Assembly: GCA_937625935.1 (NCBI GenBank)
Contig: OW569352.1
Coordinates: 372,001-436,000 of the forward strand
DNA: 64,000 nucleotides
Reading direction: 5' to 3'
DNA from: Tetramitus jugosus
Taxonomy: Eukaryota; Protista; Heterolobosea
The notes below the pieces were generated by a model. The model ran no database searches. It was not told the DNA's origin and saw nothing but the letters and a program-made list of their open reading frames with translations. The number at the start of each line of letters is the position of its first letter. Within the stretch, counting starts at the first letter, position 1. Position numbers and translations under genes: made by a program. Positions 1 to 10,667 of the stretch are shown piece after piece.

Positions 1-1707
1 AATGAAATTTCCTTCTTGTATGACATGTTCATTCTTCCTCAACAACAACAACAACAACAACAGGAAAATGAAGAAGAAGAAAATGAAGAACATGTGTTTG
101 ATAGAGAATTGATACAAATTGTGTTGGAAGAAAACAAGAATGACATTTATGCTACGATGAATCAATTGTTGCAAATGAACAATGGAAGTGACACATTGTT
201 AGATGTAGTTGTTGTTGATGATGATGATGATGATGATGATTTTGAAATTGATGATGATTTTTTGAATAATGATGACAGTTCAAACATGTATGATGATTTT
301 GTAGAACAACAAACAAAATCATCAATTGTAGCTTCTCCTCAAAAGCAACAACAACAACAAGGAAACAATAATAACAAGAAACAGCAAAAGAAAAAGAAGA
401 ATCAACAACAACAACAACAACAACGAAAAGAACAAAAAAAGTTGCAACACGTGGAAACCATTGAGAGATTGAGTGAAATTTTTACAAGAGTCGATCGAGA
501 TACGATTGAAGCCACATTGATTGGACATGATAACAATGCAGATGAAGCGTTTAGAGCTCTGAGTGTCATGTCACCATTCTTGACCATGGATCAAATGAAT
601 AAGAAGAAGCAGGAATTGAAATCGAAAAAGAATCAATCGTTTAGAAATGCAGATGAGTACTTTGGACGAAAACAGGGACTCGTTTTCAATCAATGGAACA
701 GTGCAAGTATTAGCGGTGGTGGTGGAAGTGGTGGAATGAATAATAATTCTACTAAGAATGTGAACAATGGTTTGTATAACAGTGGTATTAGTATTAGTGC
801 AAAGAGTTATTCGATTGAGGAGGAACCGTTGACTGAATTGGATCATTTGCCATCGAATCAGAACACGCATCTCTCCTTGTCTGATGAGTTGAAATTGGAA
901 AAACTGTGTTCCATGTTCAAAGATTATGACGTGGGTGATGATATTGTCAAGAATGTTTTCATTAGTTGTAAGTGTCACTTTGGTCTCACAATTCAGAGAC
1001 TGTACGATTTGTATCCGAATGTGGACAGTGCCAGAAGAAGTGCTCAGAACATTATTGCGCCCAAGATGCTCCAACATGTGAAACAGCAGCAGCAGCAACA
1101 AAAGAGGTCGAATCAGAACCAGAGACAGTCAACCTCTAGCACTTTCGTCAATTATGACAACTCTCTCAAGAATGATGATTACATGTCTCAAGTTATTGAT
1201 GAGCGAGTCTTTATTAATGATGATGATCCATACAACTCTTCCATGCACAGAAGAACCGGTGTTCAATTTGCAAAGATTAGAAATCAATTCTTTACGATGG
1301 CTCTTGAGGCCTACATGAGAGGTGATGGTGCCTCGGCAAAGGAATTGGCTGAAAAGGGCAGAAAGGCTGATCGCATCAGCAAGGCGGAGCACATGAACGC
1401 ATCGTACTCCATTTTCAATCATGTGAATGCCAACAAGCAAAGTCGTGACACCAAAACAATTGATCTTCATGGTCTACATGTAAGCGAGGCTTTACAGATT
1501 TTGAGTCAAATTATACAATCAGAGAAGCAAGAACTCGAGAGAGATGAGAGAAATGTGCGCACTCTAAATGTTATCACTGGTGTGGGAAGAAATAGTGCCA
1601 AGGGAAAGGCAAAGGTGAAGCCAGCAGTGGAAGCATTCCTGAAGAGAGAGGGATATCGCATCAAGACTCTATCACCTGGTGATCTACAAATTACAATCAA
1701 GAAATAA
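1..1707 (+). CDS. CUE-domain/DUF1771/Smr-domain protein (Cue2/N4BP2-like endonuclease), 5' end probably outside window
   Basis: Frame open from base 1; CUE-like segments (LSEIFTRVDRDTIEATL, LCSMFKDY); DUF1771-like 'RNQFFTMALEAYMRGDGASAKELA'; Smr motifs IDLHGLHV and VITGVGRNS. Confidence 0.85.
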   Translation, partial: NEISFLYDMFILPQQQQQQQQENEEEENEEHVFDRELIQIVLEENKNDIYATMNQLLQMNNGSDTLLDVVVVDDDDDDDDFEIDDDFLNNDDSSNMYDDFVEQQTKSSIVASPQKQQQQQGNNNNKKQQKKKKNQQQQQQQRKEQKKLQHVETIERLSEIFTRVDRDTIEATLIGHDNNADEAFRALSVMSPFLTMDQMNKKKQELKSKKNQSFRNADEYFGRKQGLVFNQWNSASISGGGGSGGMNNNSTKNVNNGLYNSGISISAKSYSIEEEPLTELDHLPSNQNTHLSLSDELKLEKLCSMFKDYDVGDDIVKNVFISCKCHFGLTIQRLYDLYPNVDSARRSAQNIIAPKMLQHVKQQQQQQKRSNQNQRQSTSSTFVNYDNSLKNDDYMSQVIDERVFINDDDPYNSSMHRRTGVQFAKIRNQFFTMALEAYMRGDGASAKELAEKGRKADRISKAEHMNASYSIFNHVNANKQSRDTKTIDLHGLHVSEALQILSQIIQSEKQELERDERNVRTLNVITGVGRNSAKGKAKVKPAVEAFLKREGYRIKTLSPGDLQITIKK

Positions 1708-1867
1708 ATTATTAAGAAAGCACCATGTGTGCTTTGGTCATCCTGTCAATCGTCTCTGCGCTTCAATACTGCATCCTGGTTCCCTCTCTCTCTTTGCGAT
1801 CACTGTTCATTGGCGCAACTCTTTCGTAACAAAGATACTGATCCTAACACTTACAATCAGCTATCTC

Positions 1868-2394
1868 TTAAACGCTCGTGTGATTATGATCCGCTTCTTC
1901 CTTCTTCGAGTCGATTTGACTCAACGCGCTATTCAATCTCTCTTTCAGCGCACCCAAATCAATTAATTCTCTGGATTGATGCCAAATATTGACCATTTCC
2001 TGAACTGCTTCTTCCTGTTCTTGTTTTAGCTGCAATAGCTCCTCTTCCTCCTTCTCTTCCTCATCGATCGTTTTCGGCTTGAAGGACTTTGTCTTTTTCG
2101 CCACAAGATAAAACAGAGCATTCTTTGTGTGATCCTGTATTGAATAAGGGTGAGTATAAAATTCATTCGCACTAAATTGACACAAAACTAGTGTAGTGTA
2201 CGTACAAACATAAAAGACAATTGATCACACGCTTCTTCGAATTCAATATACTTTCTTTGAAGAATGTCTCGTTCCTCAGTTGCGTTTGATGCAGAGGCGT
2301 TGGCAGTCAGGACAGCCCTTAGTGCAATCATCAACTCCTCATATGACTTGTTGACTCTGTTGAGCTGTTCCGTGGGCTTTGTTATGTCTCTCAT
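1868..2394 (-). CDS. Small two-exon helical protein, possibly Mediator tail subunit MED29/MED32-like
   Basis: ORFs 2188-2394 and 1868-2185 can be joined by a 38-nt GTTTGT...TTAG intron; 'KYIEFEEACDQL' recalls the MED29 'EEFY..CDQL' motif. Confidence 0.4.
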
Positions 2395-2546
2395 GTCGTT
2401 GTTTGATTGTTTGTTTTGGCGCCAAAAATGAAAAAAATTTTGATCAAAAATCTCCGCTATTTATTGCCATCACCTATCATCATTTTCTCTAGATTGTATT
2501 GGTGATATGACTTTGTACAAGTATTTGTTTACACAAGTGTTGAAGT

Positions 2547-4649
2547 TTAGTCGACATCTTCCATGATGGATTGTTCGTTGGACTCTTCAGTGGTTGGAAC
2601 ATTCTCGGAGGAAGCCTCAACGGTTTCTTCTTCGTCCAAACCAAGACCCATATTGATCATTCTGAAGATTCTGCCGGCATAGGAAGCAGGGGTCTCCAAA
2701 CTGAAGCCAGAAGTGAGCAAAGAGGTTTCGAACAACAACCAGACCAAGTCCTTAACAGTCTTGTCAGCCTTGTTCTCCTCAGCCTTCTTTCTCAAGCTTT
2801 GGATGATTGGGTTGGAAGATGAAATTTCCATAGTCTTCTTGGAGGTCATATACATGGACATGTTGCTGTCTCTCAATGCTTGAGCCTTCATGATTCTTTC
2901 CATGTTGGCAGACCATCCGTATTCACCGGTGACCAAGCAGCAAGGAGAGTTGACCAATCTGTCAGAAACGACAACCTTTTCAACCTTGTCGCCCAAGATC
3001 TCCTTCATGACCTTGCACAAGTTCTCAAAGGAAGCCTTCTCTTCTTCCTTCTTCTTCTTTTCTTCTTCAGTCTCCTCAAAGGTCAAACCTTCCTTGGTGA
3101 CAGAGACGAGCTTCTTTCCTTCAAAGTCCTTCAATTGTTGAACAGCATATTCATCAATTGGGTCAACCATGAACAAAACTTCGTAACCTCTCTTCTTACA
3201 TTGTTCCAAGAATGGTGAGTTCTCAACAGACTTGACAGACTCTCCAGTAATGTAGTAGATATCCTTTTGGGTTTCTGGCATTCTGGCAATGTAGTCCTTC
3301 AAGCTGGTACCTTCTTCAGCAGACTTGGTGGACTTGTATCTCAACAATTCAGCCAACTTGGTTCTGTTGGTGGAGTCTTCGTGGACACCCAACTTGATGT
3401 TCTTGGCGAATGCTTCATAGAAGGTCTTGTAGTCGTCCTTGTTTTCAGCAATTTCATTGAACAATTCCAAGCACTTCTTGACAATGTTCTTTCTGATGAC
3501 CTTCAAGATGGTGTTTTGTTGCAAGTGTTCTCTGGAAATGTTCAATGGCAAATCCTCAGAATCGACAATACCTCTGATGAAGCCCAACCATTCAGGAATC
3601 AACTCTTCACAGTTGTCCATGATGAAAACTCTTCTGACATAGAGCTTAATGTTGTTCTTCTTCTTGTTTGGTTCGAACATGTCGAATGCAGCTCTTCTTG
3701 GCACGAACAAGACAGCCTTGAATTCCAATTGACCTTCAACAGCGAAGTGCTTGTAAGCCAATGGCTCTTCCCAATCGTTGGACAAGCTCTTGTAGAAAGA
3801 TGCGTATTCCTCCTTTGGGACATCCTTTGGATCTCTGGTCCAGATTGGCTTGTTGGTGTTCAAGACTTCGAATTCTTGGGTGGTTTCCTTGATCTTCTTG
3901 GTCTTCTTTTCCTTCTCTTCGTCGATTTCTTCAATCTTTGGCTCATCTTCTTCCTTGTTCTCTTCTTCCTTCTTTTCTTCGACTGCGTCTTCGTCTTCAA
4001 CTTCTCTCTCTTCAGTCTTCTCAACCAACAAGGAGATTGGGTAGGAGATGAACTCAGAGTGCTTCTTGACCAAGTCCTTCAATCTTCTCTCTTCCAAATA
4101 TTCAAGTTGGTCATCCTTCAAGTACAAAGTGATCTTGGTACCTCTGCCCAATCTTTCGCCTTCAGTGTCTTCAGTGATGGTGAATGTACCACCTGCGCTG
4201 GATTCCCAGACATATTGCTCATCATCATTGTGCTTGGTGGTAACGACAACCTTGTCGGCAACCAAGTATGCAGAGTAGAAACCAACACCGAATTGACCAA
4301 TCAAGGACACATCAGCACCAGCTTGCAAAGCCTCCATAAAGTTCTTTGTTCCAGATCTAGCAATAGTACCCAAATTGTTAACCAAATCAGCCTTGGTCAT
4401 ACCAACACCGCTATCAATGAGGGTCAAGGTCTTGTTGTTCTTGTCAGGAATGATCTTAATGAAGAGTTCCTTTTCAGAATCCAAAACGCTCTTGTCAGTC
4501 AATGATTCGTATCTAATCTTGTCCAAAGCGTCAGAAGCATTAGAAATCAATTCTCTCAAAAACACTTCCTTGTTGGAGTAGAAAGTGTTGATGATCAAAG
4601 ACATCAATTGGTTGATCTCAGCTTGGAAGCGGAATGTTTCACTAGACAT
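2547..4649 (-). CDS. HSP90: Cytosolic heat shock protein 90
   Basis: [44 protein letters not shown]; C-terminal MEDVD; ATG at 4649. Confidence 0.99.
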   Translation of the reverse strand: MSSETFRFQAEINQLMSLIINTFYSNKEVFLRELISNASDALDKIRYESLTDKSVLDSEKELFIKIIPDKNNKTLTLIDSGVGMTKADLVNNLGTIARSGTKNFMEALQAGADVSLIGQFGVGFYSAYLVADKVVVTTKHNDDEQYVWESSAGGTFTITEDTEGERLGRGTKITLYLKDDQLEYLEERRLKDLVKKHSEFISYPISLLVEKTEEREVEDEDAVEEKKEEENKEEDEPKIEEIDEEKEKKTKKIKETTQEFEVLNTNKPIWTRDPKDVPKEEYASFYKSLSNDWEEPLAYKHFAVEGQLEFKAVLFVPRRAAFDMFEPNKKKNNIKLYVRRVFIMDNCEELIPEWLGFIRGIVDSEDLPLNISREHLQQNTILKVIRKNIVKKCLELFNEIAENKDDYKTFYEAFAKNIKLGVHEDSTNRTKLAELLRYKSTKSAEEGTSLKDYIARMPETQKDIYYITGESVKSVENSPFLEQCKKRGYEVLFMVDPIDEYAVQQLKDFEGKKLVSVTKEGLTFEETEEEKKKKEEEKASFENLCKVMKEILGDKVEKVVVSDRLVNSPCCLVTGEYGWSANMERIMKAQALRDSNMSMYMTSKKTMEISSSNPIIQSLRKKAEENKADKTVKDLVWLLFETSLLTSGFSLETPASYAGRIFRMINMGLGLDEEETVEASSENVPTTEESNEQSIMEDVD

Positions 4650-4734
4650 TGTTGTTGTTGTTTTTGGTTGTTGTGTTGTTGATTTGTTGTATCGCTTTTG
4701 TTTTCGGTGAAATGTGAAATTCACAGCTTCTGCT

Positions 4735-4806
4735 TTTTAATACTTGGTTTCTGAAGCCGGAAGTTTCGGGAGAGGAACTTACAAAATTTTACAAAGAGAA
4801 ATTTCC
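4735..4806 (-). promoter_or_regulatory. Candidate HSP90 promoter: TATA-like TATTAAAA and two nGAAnnTTCn heat-shock element dimers
   Basis: gGAAgtTTCg at 4759-4768 and aGAAatTTCc at 4797-4806, upstream of the HSP90 ATG; only two-unit HSEs. Confidence 0.35.
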
Positions 4807-5134
4807 ATCGAATGCACAAAAAAAACACTGGGTGATCTCCGACTATGATTCCGAGCTTATTCCTTATCTACTTTACAAATTGTAACACGTGGTCGCTCAA
4901 AGGACTTCTGGGACAGACTCTTTCATTTCGCAGCAGATCAAGGTGTTTGGGCAAGTGACAATCTTGGCATAGTGGATGGTCAACAATTTGTCGATCACAT
5001 TTCCCCGAATGCAGGATCTAAATCTGGTACATACAACTTTGAATGTATTTTAATGATGAGAGACTTCATCATGGAACCGTCTCTCGAGCTCTTAATTTGA
5101 ACAACAACATCCAAAGAAAACGTTTCGAGCATCC

Positions 5135-6301
5135 ATGTCCTCAAATATTGATTTATTACGCGAACAGGACTACATCTACCATGATGACAAACATTTGTTT
5201 GCTAATCAACAAAGCAAGAGTGGTGGAGGTGTTCTATACCATTTCATTAAGCAATTGAGCCCAGGATTAGACCTTACAAGAGTTACTTCTCCATCGTTCC
5301 TCTTAAAGCCTGTAAGTTTCTTGGAAATGCAAGCAAACTATAGTTCTCCGATACTGGATATTGTTGCTCCGGATATTAACTCTGTCCCATCTACAGTTTG
5401 TATGCTTCGAGTTCTCAAGTGGCTTACACACTCGTGGTCTCTCACTCCCATTCACAACAATCCATCATCTGGACTTAGCGCCATCAAACCGTACAATCCT
5501 ATCTTGGGAGAGCAATTTCATTGCTATTGGATGTTAAAAGACAACGATGGAACGGATAACATTACAGAATTTCATGCCGAGCAAGTGTCACATCATCCTC
5601 CTGTTTGTGCTGTTGCCATGTTCAATCGCCGTCGCAAGTTCATCTACACTGCACACGGTGAATTGAAGTCACAATTCAAGGGCAACTCTGTGGATGCTTT
5701 TGTAGCCAACACGAATAATGTACTCCGCTTTGTCGAACGTGGAGAGCACTACAAAATTTCATTGCCAGGTCTGACAGCTCACGGGCTCATTTTTGGACAC
5801 AGTCGATTAGAACATAGCGGATCAGCAGTTGTTGATTGTTACGAGTCAGGATTGAGAGCTATCATTAACTTTGAAAGAAATCATAGAATTAATGGTCAAG
5901 TCATACATGTACCGAGTAACACAATACTGTACACCATACAAGGAGATTTGACTGACGTTGTTTCTTTTAGAGAGTGCTCTATGGCAAGCAGTAGTGCAAG
6001 TCAAGTATATCAGATGGATCAAGTACTCATGAATTCCAAGCTTGAAAGAGGACAAGCGCTACCCAAGATCGTAAGACCCTTATGGGAGCAAAGTGATAAT
6101 GAAAGCCGGCGTGTATGGCACAATGTTACTTATGCACTCATGAAAGGCGATGCCAACACAGCTACTACATACAAGAGCGCAATCGAGGAGGCACAGAGAC
6201 AAAAAGATACGAGCACGTTCGTTTCTCAATTGTTTCAAAGTGACACAGCAAACAATTGCTACCGTTACTACCTGAGCGAAAATCAATTGTTCCAAAACTG
6301 A
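5135..6301 (+). CDS. Oxysterol-binding protein (short ORP, Osh4/6-like)
   Basis: KPYNPILGE and EQVSHHPP signature motifs. Confidence 0.95.
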   Translation: MSSNIDLLREQDYIYHDDKHLFANQQSKSGGGVLYHFIKQLSPGLDLTRVTSPSFLLKPVSFLEMQANYSSPILDIVAPDINSVPSTVCMLRVLKWLTHSWSLTPIHNNPSSGLSAIKPYNPILGEQFHCYWMLKDNDGTDNITEFHAEQVSHHPPVCAVAMFNRRRKFIYTAHGELKSQFKGNSVDAFVANTNNVLRFVERGEHYKISLPGLTAHGLIFGHSRLEHSGSAVVDCYESGLRAIINFERNHRINGQVIHVPSNTILYTIQGDLTDVVSFRECSMASSSASQVYQMDQVLMNSKLERGQALPKIVRPLWEQSDNESRRVWHNVTYALMKGDANTATTYKSAIEEAQRQKDTSTFVSQLFQSDTANNCYRYYLSENQLFQN

Positions 6302-6376
6302 TCTGAACAAATAAACCTCGTGTTATTTTTGTGTTCGAGCAGATCTCACTCGTAATACACCCAAAAACCAATCAAT

Positions 6377-7153
6377 ATGTTCAGAGGAAAGGTAGCAGTT
6401 ATTGTTGAATCTAATGGGAGAATTGGAGAAGAAGCAGCCAAATTATTATCTTCTCAAGGATGTGATGTTGTCTTGTCTGGGCTGAATAGAGTCAGATTGG
6501 AACTGGATGAGAGCAAAGTACATTCTTTTGCTCCAAGTGCTCAAATTTTCTCCATTCAAGCTAATTCCTCAAGAGAGATTGACGTACGAAACCTATTCCA
6601 GAGGATAAAGGATCAATTCAATCGATTAGATATGTTGATTCTAGATTCTTCAAGAAGTGGTGGGCCTTGGATGCCAATAGAGGATATATCTATGGAGGAC
6701 TACAACAAAAATTTTGAAGATAGCATTCGATCAATATTTCTGAATGTAAAGTATGCAGTTCCGTTGATGAAGAAGCACCGTTCAGGAACGATTGTCATCG
6801 TGTCCTCTTTTCTGGATTGTGAGAAAAGCAATATTCTCTATGCTACTTCAAGAGCTACTCAAGTAGATATTTGTCGTTCTTTGGCTCTTGAACTGGCATC
6901 AGAAAAGATAAGAGTCAATACCGTTTGCCCTGGTTTGATGGAGGGAGCCGTCGAAGAAATTAATGGCCGAAAGAGTATGGAGGATGTTGACGAATCGACC
7001 ATCGTTGAAGCTGTTCAAATCGACCAAGAGTGCACTACACCCACTCAAGTTGCCAAAGTGATCCAATTTCTTTGTAGTGACGATTCCACCACTGTCACAG
7101 GGACGTCCATTTCCGTAGATGGCTCCACAACGCCGTCATCCTCCGCTTCCTGA
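6377..7153 (+). CDS. Short-chain dehydrogenase/reductase with degenerate motifs
   Basis: GKVAVI..., IRVNTVCPG, TGTSISVDG; the Gly-rich, NNAG and YxxxK motifs are altered. Confidence 0.85.
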   Translation: MFRGKVAVIVESNGRIGEEAAKLLSSQGCDVVLSGLNRVRLELDESKVHSFAPSAQIFSIQANSSREIDVRNLFQRIKDQFNRLDMLILDSSRSGGPWMPIEDISMEDYNKNFEDSIRSIFLNVKYAVPLMKKHRSGTIVIVSSFLDCEKSNILYATSRATQVDICRSLALELASEKIRVNTVCPGLMEGAVEEINGRKSMEDVDESTIVEAVQIDQECTTPTQVAKVIQFLCSDDSTTVTGTSISVDGSTTPSSSAS

Positions 7154-7251
7154 TTTGACATCCCCACACATGAAAAAAACTCCTCCCACCCAAACAAACA
7201 AAACTTGAACAAATAAACACAAACAACAAACAAAACAAAAAACAGACACAC

Positions 7252-8523
7252 ATGGCCTTCAATTTTCTGAGGCGGCTCGTCAGTGGTGACAAGACACGTC
7301 TCCAAGAGAATGACTTTGATCTCGACTTTACGTACATTACACCCAGAATCATTGCCATGGCCATTCCTGGTGCTGGTTATGAGTCTGCGTATCGAAACAA
7401 TATTCAATCTGTGGCTCAATATCTGAACAGTAAGCACGATGGGCATTATCGAATCTTCAATTTGTGTGCAGAGAGAGAATACAACACTGATTTGTTTAAT
7501 CCGAACAGTGTGACGAATCAGTATGGTTTTCCTGATCATCACAATCCTCCGTTGGAGATGCTCATGGAGATGTGTATCAATATCAACAGTTTTCTGAATA
7601 CCCATCCGGCAAATGTCATTGTGATTCATTGTTTGGCCGGTCGGGGAAGAACAGGAACTGTCATTGCCTCCTATCTCACATTCTCTGGCTTGTATGACAA
7701 TGGGAGTGAGGCGTTGGAACACTTTGCGAGAAAGAGAAGCATGGTACATCGAGGTGTTCAACAGCCCTCACAGAGACGTTATGTTCAATACTTTTCCGAG
7801 ATTTTGGCAGGCAGAAAACCAAAGCACTATTCCAAGAGTCTGCTGCTGAAGCAGATTGTCATGTACACTGTGCCAAAGTTTGGGCCGAATCATACGTGCC
7901 AACCAGTTTTAGAGATCTTTACAGCACCTACGAGGCAAAAGCCGAAGCGTCTCCTCTATTCTTCTCTCCAGTCGAGGAGAGATTTCGATCATAGTACGGG
8001 AGAGCCTCGGGAGTATTCAGTCAAGGATGGAACAATGACATTTGACATATCTGTGGAATTGCAGGGTGATATTTATATGCGTTGTTATCACTTTACGAAT
8101 CGTAAAATGTTAGACAAGCTGAACAATGAGTCCAATTATAATCAACAGTATATTGAAATGGCAGATACGAGAGAAGATGTAAAAGTAGATGAAGAAGCAA
8201 ACACAACTGATAAGAAGAAGAAGGAGGATGAACCTGGTAAGTTCATGTTCCGTGTTTCTTTCCACACTGGGTTTGTACCTCGTCCAACGAACACTAGTCA
8301 CTCTATTGTGAGACTCACAAAGACAGAAATCGACGATGCCATTAAGAGTAGCAAATTTGATAAGGACTTCTTCATGGATCTCGTCTGGGAGAGAATATCA
8401 GAACCTGTCAATCCAACAGAGAAGCGGAAGAAGAGCATGACGGTAAAAGAGCTCGAAGAAGAATCGATAGAGCCTGAGGTAGCACCCAACTTTGATGAAT
8501 TTCTATTCGAACCCTACGACTAA
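7252..8523 (+). CDS. PTEN: PTEN-like phosphoinositide phosphatase (phosphatase + C2 domain)
   Basis: FDLDFTYITPRIIAM, HCLAGRGRTG, PSQRRYVQYF, C2 motif MFRVSFHTGF. Confidence 0.92.
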   Translation: MAFNFLRRLVSGDKTRLQENDFDLDFTYITPRIIAMAIPGAGYESAYRNNIQSVAQYLNSKHDGHYRIFNLCAEREYNTDLFNPNSVTNQYGFPDHHNPPLEMLMEMCININSFLNTHPANVIVIHCLAGRGRTGTVIASYLTFSGLYDNGSEALEHFARKRSMVHRGVQQPSQRRYVQYFSEILAGRKPKHYSKSLLLKQIVMYTVPKFGPNHTCQPVLEIFTAPTRQKPKRLLYSSLQSRRDFDHSTGEPREYSVKDGTMTFDISVELQGDIYMRCYHFTNRKMLDKLNNESNYNQQYIEMADTREDVKVDEEANTTDKKKKEDEPGKFMFRVSFHTGFVPRPTNTSHSIVRLTKTEIDDAIKSSKFDKDFFMDLVWERISEPVNPTEKRKKSMTVKELEEESIEPEVAPNFDEFLFEPYD

Positions 8524-8852
8524 TCTTCATGGAATAAACAAGTGATGCCTATACCTAATTTTTTGTAACCAGCAGCGGAATTTGTAGTTGGCGCCAACGA
8601 CAAGGCGCCTTTTGAATGCACGTTCTACGATCAACAAAACAGAATCTTTCCCAAAAAACATAAAAACACAGTCGAATCACTCACAAGAACACACAGGTAA
8701 GTGCCTACACTCAGCCTATTGAGCAACAAGTAGAAGGATTGTCCTTCGCTTCTTTTTTTTGAAAGGAGATGTTTGCTCCACCAAAAACATCAGCAAATCG
8801 GAAATTAACTTTTTGTTCTGGTCCAACCAAAAAGCAACAAAAGCAGTAAAAA

Positions 8853-9122
8853 ATGTCTGACAGAAAAGCAGTTATCAAGAACGCTGATATGCGTGATGAT
8901 GTACAGAATGATGCCATTGCCTGTGCACAACAAGCTCTTGACAAATACAACATTGAGAAGGATATTGCTGCCTACATCAAGAAGGAATTTGACAAGAAAT
9001 ACTCTCCAACATGGCACTGTGTTGTTGGAAGAAACTTTGGCTCATATGTGACCCATGAAACCAAGCACTTCATTTACTTTTATCTTGGACAGGTGGCCAT
9101 CTTATTGTTCAAGTCTGGTTAA
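8853..9122 (+). CDS. DYNLL: Dynein light chain LC8
   Basis: [13 protein letters not shown]...[24 protein letters not shown]...FKSG. Confidence 0.99.
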   Translation: MSDRKAVIKNADMRDDVQNDAIACAQQALDKYNIEKDIAAYIKKEFDKKYSPTWHCVVGRNFGSYVTHETKHFIYFYLGQVAILLFKSG

Positions 9123-9271
9123 ACTCTTTTCGCCCAATATGTAAATGGAACTCTCAACACTTGGTTCTCTCTGTACTTGTAGTAAGACGATGTTTGAGCG
9201 AACATTAAAATGGAATTTGCTTTGTAAGCTGACAAACTACAACTTTATTTTTTGTGTTCAAAATTGATGGA

Positions 9272-10494
9272 TTATGGAGTGGTTGTTGTGCCGGCAGAAG
9301 TGTATGAAACAACGAACTGGATGGAGGCACACAACAAGAAGAGACCAATGAGCATTTGTCCTCTCCTTGCTCTGTGTTCTTCTGCAAGGCAGAAAGATGC
9401 TGCAGCTCCAGCACAGGCCAACACGAGAGCCAAGCTGATAGAATAAGTTGGTTCAACCCAAGCGTAACCGCGGCTAACACTGTAAAAATTAAAAATCTAG
9501 AATTCGTGAATGGTGGTGTTAGTTAGTAAGATATTCATGAAAATATAGCGAGGAATAATAACATGACACATACTCCCAATAGCAAGGTTGTCTTCGATAT
9601 GGTTCCTCCGATCAAATTGCTGAATGCGATATTAATGTTTTGTGTCTTTCCCTTGCGACTCAGTGAAATACTCTCAAGAATCTCTGGTGCTTCACTTGCC
9701 ACTGGTGCAAAGAAGAAGGCCAACGCCAATGGTGCAATGCCCAAGCTCTTACCAATCGATACAACAGTGCTGATAAATGGTTCAGAACATAGGTAGATAA
9801 TGAGACCTCCAGCAATCAGATAACCAATTCCCTTCCAAGTGGGTTGCTCGTCCTCGTCATCCGAATCACTGTCGCTATCTGCTTCCGTAACACTGTGATC
9901 GTGATGATTCTTCAATTCACCAATCGTGACCGAAATATCGTCTCGATTGTGTGAAGTTGGTGAGCGTGATCCAGTCGAAGAATGGTTGACTGAAGATGAT
10001 GCCGTTGTTGCTGTTGTTGTTGTTGATGATCCACCTGACACTGACTTGTGCAACAATGTCCACAGAATGAATGCACCGTACAGTGCAACACCCAAGTAGC
10101 CAATCCACATGTTGAAACCAAACAGGAGATTGCACACCAAAACAATCAGAGAAGCACCCAACATACTCGCCTGTCTTCTCACTCCAGGAAACAGTGAAAT
10201 GCTCTGATTTTTGCGCGAATTGGCACCGATAAAGACACAGGCACCGACGGCAATTGTGCACACGACAATGGCACTACCAGAGATGGCACCCATGGCAAAG
10301 TGAGGCTGTCCACTTTCGAGTGCCGTGATAAAAAAGATGGTTTCTGGTGCAGTGTTGAGCCAAGCAATCACAAATCCACCAATGACAGTCGCATCGTACT
10401 TGTCTCCGAGAATGTCTCCACCTTCACTGACACACCATGCTCCCAGGATCAACAGAGCCAAAAAAGCAACGAATTGCAGAACAAGCATGATCAT
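9272..10494 (-). CDS. Ca2+/cation antiporter (Na_Ca_ex/CaCA family), two exons
   Basis: Alpha-repeat motifs NTAPE and ASEAPE; GTATGT intron with TACTAAC branch and CTAG acceptor at 9497; exon 2 reads IFNFYSVSRGYAW followed by two TM helices, stop at 9272. Confidence 0.85.
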
Positions 10495-10667
10495 TTTTTT
10501 GTGAGTGATGTTGTGATGTTGTGATGTTGTGTGAGTTGAAGTTTGTTTGTTGTTGAAGAACTCCAGAGTTTTTATGTGACCCGTTCGAAGAAAGAATTTT
10601 CACGCGGCGTTTTGGAGGATTCAGTTTGCTGCTCGCAAGTTCCCGCCGCGACGGTGGCCAAGCGAAT

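Noticed and set aside
40-430. (CAA)n and (GAT)n tracts, also in many other genes
   Set aside because: Ordinary coding microsatellites (poly-Q/N/D/T); no repeat-spacer structure, so not CRISPR or telomeric.
2547-2564. HSP90 ends MEDVD rather than MEEVD
   Set aside because: Conservative change; variants of this motif occur in other protists.
3267-4505. 412-aa ORF antisense to HSP90
   Set aside because: Shadow ORF from strong codon bias of a highly expressed gene; no independent domain.
9205-9480. ORF-track ORFs 9205-9480 (-) and 9252-9446 (+)
   Set aside because: The region is exon 2 of the CaCA transporter in a different frame.
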